In this document: piece by piece, positions 18,820 through 27,423 of the stretch
How the letters are laid out: each line of letters opens with the position of its first letter
How positions within the stretch are numbered: the first letter of the stretch is position 1
DNA from: a virus
Taxonomy: Duplodnaviria > Caudoviricetes
DNA: 64,000 bases
Strand: one strand, 5' to 3'
IMG/VR virus record: IMGVR_UViG_3300021400_000134
Translations under genes and position numbers: made by a program
Notes under the pieces: generated by a model
What the model was told of the DNA's origin: nothing
The model's database searches: none
The model's input: the letters and a program-made list of their open reading frames with translations, nothing else

Positions 18820-18905
18820 TTTTTTATCTCCTTTTCTTTACACTCTTATTATAGCAGATTTAGTTTTTTTGTCAATACTTTTGAAAAAATTTTTTTAGCA
18901 GATTG

Positions 18906-19346
18906 TCAAGCCCTTTTTAACTTGGCAATCTGCTTTGTGTTCATCAGCGTGGCGTTCTCAAGTTTAATCTGAACTTCCCGACCGTCAATCTGAATGTCAC
19001 CCTGTACCCAGAAGGGAACGTTATCCTTTTCCCATGTCTGACCGTAGTATTCAGTAACCAGCTTTTCGAAGATTTCACCCTTGTTGTACTTGTCAGCAAT
19101 CAGCATGTCAGCGGAGCCAAGACAGACAGGATGTTTCTTCATCAACTGCTTTTTCAGTTTGAGTTTTGGACGGAAGCGAAGATTTTCACCCTGATTTCTG
19201 CTTGCCTGTTCTACTGACAAGAAGCGTGGCATGATTTCCGCAACCTCTACCATGTAGAGTTTCTTTTCAAGTGTGAAGCCGAGGATGTAAGAATCAGCGG
19301 CTGAATTGTTTCTGTAGTGCTTAATCATTGTTCTCTTGGTTGTCAT
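18906..19346 (-). CDS. hypothetical protein, possible PD-(D/E)XK-like fold; TGA stop
   Basis: NKGEIFE...GDIQIDGREVQIK. Confidence 0.6.
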   Translation of the reverse strand: MTTKRTMIKHYRNNSAADSYILGFTLEKKLYMVEVAEIMPRFLSVEQASRNQGENLRFRPKLKLKKQLMKKHPVCLGSADMLIADKYNKGEIFEKLVTEYYGQTWEKDNVPFWVQGDIQIDGREVQIKLENATLMNTKQIAKLKRA

Positions 19347-19593
19347 TTTGTTTCCCTCTTTTCTTTACACTCTTATTATAGCAGATTGCCGGATGAAGTC
19401 AACACCTTTTTTTAAACTTTTTTATTTTTTTGCTCTTGGTCGATGCATTACTGAAAAAATTTACATTTTGGGAGAAAAATTTTCATGCAATTTTCATCAT
19501 TTTTTGCTTGACAAAATCCGGGCCGGTGTAGTACAATAAATTTCGCGCCGGCTCGGTAGTGGGCGGCGCGCCAAAAGTCAATAAAAAAATGCC

Positions 19594-19770
19594 CTACTTA
19601 CCGCAGAGCATTTCCCACATCTCGCGGGTATCGCAGGAGTAGGAGACCCACCCTTCACCATCCTCGAGCACGTCGGCGTACTTGTAGCCACCGTCGACAT
19701 ACCAGATAGCGCGATTTTCGCAAGTAGCGAGAACATCGCAGTAAGTAGCAATCAGTTCCATGTGTTTCAT
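19594..19770 (-). CDS. 58-aa hypothetical protein (not in ORF track)
   Basis: MKHMELIATYCDVLATCENRAIWYVDGG...; GAGGAGGTG SD; own promoter. Confidence 0.6.
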   Translation of the reverse strand: MKHMELIATYCDVLATCENRAIWYVDGGYKYADVLEDGEGWVSYSCDTREMWEMLCGK

Positions 19771-19831
19771 TTGAACACCTCCTCTTTACAATTATAGTAT
19801 AACATGATTCTTTAGAATGTCAACACTTTTT

Positions 19832-20029
19832 TTAAAATTCTTCAAGCAAATAATACAGATTTTCTTCATTTATTTTTTTGGCAAATTGTGCGGTAAACCA
19901 AACATCGGTTTCTTCATCGTAATAAAAGTGAGGAATGTAGCAAATAGTATCTTTATCACCATACCATTCACAATTATTGAAAAAATCTTCAGAAATTGTG
20001 TAGAAGTCTTCGTTAATTTTTGTAATCAT
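19832..20029 (-). CDS. acidic/aromatic small protein
   Basis: Own promoter and SD; D/E/Y/F-rich. Confidence 0.65.
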   Translation of the reverse strand: MITKINEDFYTISEDFFNNCEWYGDKDTICYIPHFYYDEETDVWFTAQFAKKINEENLYYLLEEF

Positions 20030-20072
20030 TTTTTACACCTCTCTTTACATTATTATTATATCCTACTGGTTA

Positions 20073-21321
20073 TTATTTGTCAAGGGTTTCGGGATACTTT
20101 TTTACTTTTTCAAAGAATAATTCTCTCAGCAGATCGCAAATTTCTTCTTCGGTGACTCCTTTGGCGTGATACTTAGAAAAATAATAGCAAGTGAGTCCGC
20201 TCATGAGGATCTCATACTGTTTTGCTGTAAACTCCATTTTATCTGTTTCCTTTCACAATTTTATTTAATTCTAACAGGGTATTTTTATAGTATGCCATGC
20301 ACTTTTCATTAATACCCTTTTTAATTTCTTTTACAAGCAGTTTATCAATTAATTCATCGGCATTTTCTTTGTCTCTATTTTTCAGCAGATAATCAAGTTC
20401 TGTCATCTTTACCACCCCTTTCTGCAAGCATTTTTCTGTGCCTGCTTCTTTTTGTTTGGTACTACTTTATGTCCGAGTTTCCGCAGATTGCGGTTGAGTT
20501 CTTCATTGCGGAAATTGTAGAGTGTTTCTGTTCCATTAGCGTTTTTGTATTTCTTCATCTCTTGGTTCTCCTTACAATTATAGTATAACAGAAAAAAGGT
20601 ATTTGTCAATATCTTTTTTCTAATTTTTCTGTGTAAATGTCAGAATCAGGGAACCAATCAAGTCGTCTTGTAATGCTATCAATTTCATCTGCGGTGATGT
20701 GTCTAAAATCACGATCGCAATTTAACAGAAGGGCTTTATTTCCATCCGTACGCCGAAGTTCTTCTGAAATATTCTCAAGTACAGTGTTTACTGTAACGAA
20801 TGCTTCTTTTTCTTCTTCTGTTAATGAAAAGGTTATTTTCTTTGTTATTTCCATTTTATCACCTTTCTTACTCGTTGTCAAACATTAATTTAATACTGAA
20901 GAATGCAAGGCATCCGCTCAGCGCAAGAATGAAACTCATCATACTTTACCATACCTTTCTAACACATGGAGATTGAAACCTACAACCGCAACCGCAAGCA
21001 GAATAATTGGCAATGCTTCAATTGAGAAGTCATTAATTGAGACTAACATAATTGTTAATACCATTGTGATAATTTCAAGTGCCGTCTGAATGGCAGGTCT
21101 TAATGTTCTGTTCATTTTTTATACCTCTCTTTACATTATTATTATAACATAATTATTTTTATTGTCAACATTTAATTCTTAAGAATTGTGAGAAGTTCAT
21201 TCTTATTCACCTTAACCAAGCGGAACAGACCCCGCAAAGTCAAATTGTTAATAACCTGAGTTTCTCCAGTAGAGACATTAGTAATCTTTACTGTGTATAA
21301 CTGAATCTTTTTCTTTGCCAT
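20073..21321 (-). CDS. run of small cassette genes (20073-20237, 20239-20406, 20409-20558, 20606-20854, membrane peptide 20939-21115, 21172-21321)
   Basis: ORF track plus manual translation; each has an SD and several have their own promoter. Confidence 0.55.
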
Positions 21322-21549
21322 GTTCTGAACCTCCTTACATTATTATTATAACACAACGCCGGAAATTGTCAATAGTTTCGGGCAAAAAGTTTCAGGAAAT
21401 TTTAAAAAATTTTTAAAAAATTTCAATTTTCCTCTTGACTTCTGCGGCCCGGCATGCTATAATTTTTCGACCCGTTAGCGGTGACTAACCAAAGTCCGCA
21501 CTTGTGAAAGTTTAAACATTCACAAGTTTCTCCAAAAGAAAAGAGGTTC

Positions 21550-21777
21550 TCACCTCTCTCCGTACAGTGTCAGCACTGTTTCATCTCCGATGAAGTAGCA
21601 AGTTACTGCGTCGCCTTCTTCAAGGTCGTCTGCTTCAACCTCATACAATTCACCGTCAAGATTCACAATGTAATAATCATTGTATTCAGCGCCACCTTCA
21701 ATAGTTTTTTCAACTACATAACCGCTCTGTTTCTGCGCACCGAGAAGAGCAAGAACCGCAAGTATTACTTTAATCAT
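21550..21777 (-). CDS. small protein with N-terminal hydrophobic or signal segment; TGA stop
   Basis: MIKVILAVLALLGAQ followed by an acidic beta-rich domain. Confidence 0.65.
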   Translation of the reverse strand: MIKVILAVLALLGAQKQSGYVVEKTIEGGAEYNDYYIVNLDGELYEVEADDLEEGDAVTCYFIGDETVLTLYGER

Positions 21778-21909
21778 TGTATCACCTCTCTTTACAATTC
21801 TATTATAACATCTCTACTGGATTTGTCAACACTTTTTTAAACTTTTTTATTTTTTTAGAGTTTGTGAATGTTTTATTTTTCACAAGTTCCCCAAGAAAAA
21901 AACAGGTTT

Positions 21910-22125
21910 TTAAGCCTGCCATTCAGCGAGAGCCTGACGGTAGAGTTCAGCGGACTCTTCCATCTCTTCTTCTTCGTACCATTCGATTTCACGGGTAAGC
22001 CATTCTTCGAAGCCGAAGTCTTCATCTTCTTCATCAAACGCTCCCTCGTATCCTTCCATCCAGTATTCCATCCAGATGCTGAGCATTTTTTCTTCATGTT
22101 CGTTGAGTTTTGCGAAGTCTTTCAT
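21910..22125 (-). CDS. very acidic small protein (DNA-mimic candidate)
   Basis: 25 of 71 residues are D/E; 5 Trp. Confidence 0.7.
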   Translation of the reverse strand: MKDFAKLNEHEEKMLSIWMEYWMEGYEGAFDEEDEDFGFEEWLTREIEWYEEEEMEESAELYRQALAEWQA

Positions 22126-22269
22126 TTTTCTTTCCTCTTTCTTTTTACACTTTTATTATAGCATACTATTCCGGTCTGTCAATACTTTTTAATTAATTTT
22201 TTAATTAAATTTATTCCCGCAAAAACTTTGTGAAAGTTCAAACTTTCACAAGTTGCCCCTAAAAAAAAC

Positions 22270-22422
22270 TTAGCCAAGTTTGGCAAGTTCTTCGTTCAGA
22301 GCCTTGAGTTCTTTCTGAAGTTTTGCAACCTTAGCGAAGTTGTAGTGAAGGTCAGCCATTTCTTCATACCAGATTTCAGCCTTAACTTCATTGATTTTCT
22401 TTTCGAGTTCTGTTCTTGTCAT
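22270..22422 (-). CDS. 50-aa helical peptide (not in ORF track)
   Basis: MTRTELEKKINEVKAEIWYEEMAD...; GAGGT SD; own promoter. Confidence 0.6.
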   Translation of the reverse strand: MTRTELEKKINEVKAEIWYEEMADLHYNFAKVAKLQKELKALNEELAKLG

Positions 22423-22871
22423 TTTATTTACCTCTTTTCCTTATCTTCACCCTTATTATAGCCGGCGTTTGCGGTTTTGTCAAGGGGTTTTCTTAACTTT
22501 TTTTATTTTTTTCTCGGGGTTTTCTTTGTCCCTTCCCCTTCCTTCAATTATAGTATAACACACTTTCTGTCAATGTCAAGCCCTTTTAATAAAAAATTTT
22601 TTTTATTTTTTTATAAATTTTTCTTGACAAGTCGCAAGCTCTGTGGCATGCTGTGGCTGTGCTGGCAAGGCTCTGCATCGATGCAGTGCTAAGGTTTCAG
22701 GAAAAGGTGCTGGCTCTGACTTTGGTGCTGAAGCGCTTGCGAAAATGTGGTGAGTTCAGACAGTGCGAAAATTGCGTCGCCACACCCGCTGGCGGCGCAA
22801 GGCACGCTTACTAGTAGCACATTAGCCAAGACCGCAAACTCTTGCGCTGCATCGATGTGTTGTATTCTTTT

Positions 22872-23660
22872 AACTATTCTATCTACTCTTGGTTAGTCTA
22901 TACTAACTAACACTGTTAGTGTACACTTACTATACATGTGTAGTGTAGTGTAGTACACTGTTACTACTGTTGTTGTATAACATGCTGTGTGTGTACTACT
23001 TACTACTACTGTTACTGCTACTATTGTACTGTATGTAGTACACACATTGTCTGTCTACTGTTGTTGTGTGTATCTTATTATCTTACTACTAATGTATTAG
23101 TACTGTTGTGTTACCTCTTCATCATACTGTGTGAAGTCTCTGTATCCTGTCAGTACATACAACACATCACACATTGTCTGCGTGTTGTATCCATTGAGTG
23201 CTGTTGCTACCTGCATGGTCTGCTCCTGCACACCTACTACATCTACCAAGTAGTTATACATGTCTTCTGTTGTGTTATACATCATTGTCTCTCCTTGTTT
23301 ACACTATTATTATAACATGTTGTTGTGTTGTTGTCAACAGTTGTTGTTGTGTTGTTGTGTTACTCTCTTGGTTGGCTCTGGCTGGCTGGCCAAGCCTCTA
23401 GGCCTAGGCCCTGTAGCCGTAGAGCACTCTGTAGTCGTGTGTAGGCACCCAATAGCCATCAAATACATAAGCGATGTTCTCATTCTGTCTGAGTTCTCTA
23501 GCCTTAGCTACAGCCTCTTCTCTCAGAGTGTAGTGCTCTTCTACCTCTTTTACCACTGTGCCGAATGCTACAGTGTTTACTGTTGTGTTGTCTACTGTTC
23601 TATGTCTTAACATCTTGTGTACCTCTCTTATCCTCTTTACACTTGTATTATAGCAGTACA
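22872..23660. other. homopolymer-depleted segment containing two cassette genes (23097-23285, 23404-23613, minus strand)
   Basis: No AAA/TTT/GGG/CCC between 22872 and 23297; rich in TAC/TGT/ACA. Confidence 0.8.
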
Positions 23661-24060
23661 TGCCGGTTTTGTCAAGAGGTTTTGCGAAAGTTTTTTATTA
23701 TTTTTTTGCAGTGCATCGATGTATCGGGATTTTTTTGTAGGTAGAACTCACGCGAGTTTTTGCTTTGCATCGATGTGAAGCGTTTTTTTCAACAAAACAA
23801 GGCTCGCAGCGTGCGTCAGCGAGCCTGCGATTTTGGGGGAGGGCGGGGGCCCTCCTATAGTGTCTCTATCGCTCAGATTAGCAAGGACCCACGTCTACCT
23901 TGTGTAATTTTTATCATTTGAAAACCCCGGGGGTGGGTTTTGGGAAAAAATTTTTTTTAGAAGAGCAAAACGTTTCGCTCTCCACCACCCTCCCACTCAA
24001 AGTTACCCCCATCACCATTACGGGATTTTATAAAAAAAAGTGTCTTTCGACACTTTTCGA

Positions 24061-24217
24061 CTATATTAGTAAACAAACTCCTAAAGCGAACATAGCTCCA
24101 TATATTACCATTAAGGTAGCCTTGACCCACTTACGATACCGCAACCCAAATCCGTACCGATAGACATGAGCTACTCTAAACAAGCTCACTACCACCATGA
24201 TGATACCAAGCATCTCA
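24061..24217 (-). CDS. small two-TM membrane protein
   Basis: Hydrophobic ORF coupled to the upstream gene; exact start uncertain. Confidence 0.5.
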
Positions 24218-24715
24218 TTAATTTTCATCTTTCCACTCCTTAACCGCATTTTCTAACAGTGCAATTTTACTCAACTTATCAATAACTTCTTTCTCTAGCG
24301 TAATCCCTGCGCACATTACATTATAACCTTCTGCGGCAACTGCTATGGTCAAATTCCGCATTTGCGGGTCTACACCATTCGCGTCTAAATACACCTTGAT
24401 ACCGGTCGCCGCAAACTCTCCCATATCCAACGGATTACTATATCCTTCTGGAAGTGGCTCCTGGACATAAACCCCATCGGTATCAATATCTAGTACCTTC
24501 CAAAACAAATCTTTCTGCGAAATTTCTTCTGTTGGAACTTCATAGACTTCGCCAATAAAACCAACGTCCTTACAAGTCTTAATAAACTCTTCATCAGCTT
24601 TGCTATCTAAACAAATAATAGCAATAGTTGGTTTGCGCTTGCCCGCTTTTACGCCCGTATTTACCGAGCTCCGCAATTCATCTATCCAATTTTTAATAAA
24701 AACATTTACATCCAT
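24218..24715 (-). CDS. degenerate or truncated FolD-like protein (N-terminal THF dehydrogenase/cyclohydrolase domain)
   Basis: KPTIAII...KTCKDVG...EISQKDL...DTDGVYVQEPLPEG resembles FolD P.LAV...KAC..VG...D..V.GILVQLPLP. Confidence 0.55.
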   Translation of the reverse strand: MDVNVFIKNWIDELRSSVNTGVKAGKRKPTIAIICLDSKADEEFIKTCKDVGFIGEVYEVPTEEISQKDLFWKVLDIDTDGVYVQEPLPEGYSNPLDMGEFAATGIKVYLDANGVDPQMRNLTIAVAAEGYNVMCAGITLEKEVIDKLSKIALLENAVKEWKDEN

Positions 24716-24972
24716 GGTTTAAAACTATCCTCTGTTATTATCTCATAAAAATCATTATCGACCCAAGCCCAAGCCAACATAAGTCCGATATACCAATGCA
24801 ATAAAGGACAAAGTCCAACTAACCCTAATCCAATGCTACTCTTAAGTATACCCATACATGTTTTTGGAGTTTTTCTATATTCCTCCAATCGCTTATCTCG
24901 CATCATCTTCGTTGAAATCAAGATAATCCCAATAATATAAACTGCAATACCTAAATAATATATCTTCAACAT
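24706..24972 (-). CDS. membrane protein
   Basis: Two to three hydrophobic segments. Confidence 0.6.
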   Translation of the reverse strand: MLKIYYLGIAVYIIGIILISTKMMRDKRLEEYRKTPKTCMGILKSSIGLGLVGLCPLLHWYIGLMLAWAWVDNDFYEIITEDSFKPWM

Positions 24973-25017
24973 CTTTAATCACTTCCTTATAATTATTATA
25001 TCATAAATTTTAAATAT

Positions 25018-25047
25018 TTGACAAGTGTAGAAAAATTCTGGTATAAT
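25018..25047 (+). promoter_or_regulatory. sigmaA promoter at the strand switch, heading the morphogenesis block
   Basis: TTGACA-N18-TATAAT with extended TG. Confidence 0.7.
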
Positions 25048-25076
25048 TGTTGTATAAGCTTTGGAGGAAAGAATTA

Positions 25077-26129
25077 ATGACTAAACTCGATTACAGTTTA
25101 AATTCTCCAGAAGAACGTTTAGAAGTCGTCAAAAAGATATTAGAGGAAAATCCCAATCCTGATTCCTACTATCTTGAAATCCTAGCCGACTATCTAGTAT
25201 TCTGCATGGAGAAAGAGGAGAAAAAGGAGAAAAAAATTCTTACCGAAAATCGCTTGGCTACAGTAAATAAAAGAGAAACCTCTTATGAGGGCCTGGTATC
25301 TCAGTTTGAAAATGGAGAAGATGGCGTATACAATATAACAAATAATGATAAACATGTAATTTTTCAACCAAAGATAGCAATAACAGCAAAAGATAGAAAA
25401 GATATTCCTGAATTAAGTCAAACTGACGAGGCAATCGCAGCCTGGGATTACCGGGTGCGCCATTCCGAAGGTAGAGATGCGTTTATAGCAAAGAAGGCTC
25501 TTATCGAAACTCGTAAAGACCAATATGTTATAAAGCAAGCATTCAAGCCTCCAGTACAAGCCATGCATTTAGTGCATTCAGAACATCATATTGAATTGCC
25601 GGAAAGCGCGGAATTTGATGATGAAGGTTATCCAATTCCACATGGAGTATCTTTAATGAATCCTGTTATTTGCTCTACTATATTATGTAATTATGTAAAA
25701 TTAAAAGAGAACAGTTGAGGTGATTTTTTTGGAGATACTTGATATTTAATGGAAGAATTTGATAAAGTTTCTATGCGCGCGTTGGCCCCTTATCCACTCT
25801 ATTATCGCATTGTAGAATGCAAAATAGATGGGCTACAAAATGCGGAAATACGAGATATTATCCAAGAGGAGTTTGGTATTAAACATAGTCTTGAATATAT
25901 CTCATCATTATGGCGTAAAAAAATTCCTAATCTCATCGCATCTGCGGCCGAGGATGAATATTTAGATTATTATTATCTAAATGAGGAAAAAGGTAAGTAT
26001 AAAAGATGTTCTCGTTGCGGACAAATTAAATTGGCTCATAATAAATATTTTAGCAAGAATAAAACCAGTAAAGATGGTTGGTATTCTATTTGCAAGTGCT
26101 GCCGCAATAAAAAGGTCAAAAAACAATAA
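25077..26129 (+). CDS. 350-aa protein with HTH-like segment and C-terminal Zn finger (TGA=Trp x2)
   Basis: ORFs 25047-25718 and 25749-26129 are in frame, separated only by TGA 25716 and 25740; CSRC...CKCC. Confidence 0.75.
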
Positions 26130-26171
26130 TTTGCGGCGACAGCAAACTAAAATATATAAGGAGGTAATTTA

Positions 26172-27422
26172 ATGGATAGAGAAATTAGTAAAAAAGATTT
26201 AATCTATTGCGAAAAATGCCATAAAACATTAAAGCGTGGGGAATTTTATCAATCTAATAATTTAGAAAAATATCCAGACGGTGGCACTATTCCGATATGT
26301 AAGAAATGTTTAACGATGCATGTAGATAATTGAAATCCGGAAACATTTACCCCCATATTGAAAGAAGTAGATGTACCATACATTCCAGAAGAATGGAATA
26401 AACTTCTAGAAAGTTATGGGCAAGACCGAAGAAAAGTAACTGGTATGACTATTTTAGGTAGATACCTATCTAAAATGAAGTTAAAGCAGTTTAAAGATTA
26501 TCGTTGAAAAGACACTGATTTTTTACAAGATTTAGCTGAGAAACGTTTGCGCGAAACCATGGAACGTCAAGGTAAAGATATCCAAGAAATTACTTTGGCG
26601 ATTGAGGAGCAAAAAGCAGTTATTCCTGAAAAGAGTTTTGAGGATATAGTGTTTGCGCCGGCTGATGAACCGGTCGGTTTTACCTCGATGGAGCTTAACG
26701 AACCAGCGAAAACCGCAGATGACCTAGGCTTAACTGATGAAGATATAACTTACCTTAAACTTAAATGGGGTAAGAGTTATAAGCCAGAAGAATGGGTTCA
26801 ACTAGAACAATATTATAATGACTTTATGGAGTCTTATGATATTCAGACTGCAGGTCATAAAGATACTTTAAAAAAACTTGCGAAAACATCTCTAAAATTA
26901 GACCAACTAATTGACTTAGGAGATGTTGATGGCGCACAAAAAATGCAGAAAATGTATGACAGTTTAATGAAGAGTGGTAAGTTTACTGCTGCTCAGAATA
27001 AAGCCGAGAATGGCGAAATTGTTGACTCAATTTCTGAATTAGTTATGATGTGCGAAAAAGATGGATTTATTCCAAGATATTATGTAGATTCACCAAAAGA
27101 TAAGGTTGATAGAGTATTGCAGGATTTACAGGGATATACAAAATCACTTATCACAGAAGAAACAAACATTGGAAATCTTATTGAAAATGCGGTCAAGCAG
27201 ATTGAAGAAGACAAGCGTCGTGAAGCAGAAATGGATGCGGATGCGGCAAGTGATGAAGATATCCTTGAAGATGCACTTTTCAATGATGATATAAATTATA
27301 TTGCGGATGGTGAATTTCAGGAATTTGGCGAATTTGAAGACGAACTAGAGAAAGCCGATGAAGATTTCATGCAAAATCTTACTGATGAACAACTTTTAAA
27401 AGAGTTGAAACGAGGTAAGTAG
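26172..27422 (+). CDS. 416-aa Zn-finger protein upstream of terminase (terminase small subunit candidate; TGA=Trp x2)
   Basis: AAGGAGGT SD; CEKC...CKKC; TGA at 26331 and 26505; position directly before TerL. Confidence 0.7.
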
Positions 27423-27423
27423 T

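Larger units (their letters stand above)
9200..23680 (-). promoter_or_regulatory. array of more than 30 near-consensus sigmaA promoters, each heading a cassette
   Basis: Repeated A-tract + TTGACA/T-N16-18-(TG)nTATAAT/TATACT-N5-TGTAA, e.g. -35 boxes near 10837, 11037, 11348, 12143, 12271, 12372, 12474, 13149, 13577, 15524, 15666, 15871, 16095, 16270, 16382, 17168, 17790, 18542, 18875, 19402, 19823, 21168, 21372, 21830, 22182, 22483, 23337, 23675. Confidence 0.9.

Noticed and set aside
9437-22692. Long plus-strand ORFs antisense to cassette genes (e.g. 9797, 12520, 13058, 15079, 17434)
   Set aside because: Shadow ORFs: Phe-rich from T-tracts, no SD, and they overlap better-supported minus-strand genes.
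22989-23610. Cys/Tyr/Val-rich plus-strand ORFs (22989, 23198, 23260)
   Set aside because: By-products of TGT/TAC-rich composition; no SD; promoters and SDs support the minus-strand genes.
9200-23680. CRISPR array or integron attC array
   Set aside because: The recurring units are degenerate promoters with irregular spacing; no identical repeats, cas genes or integrase in the window.
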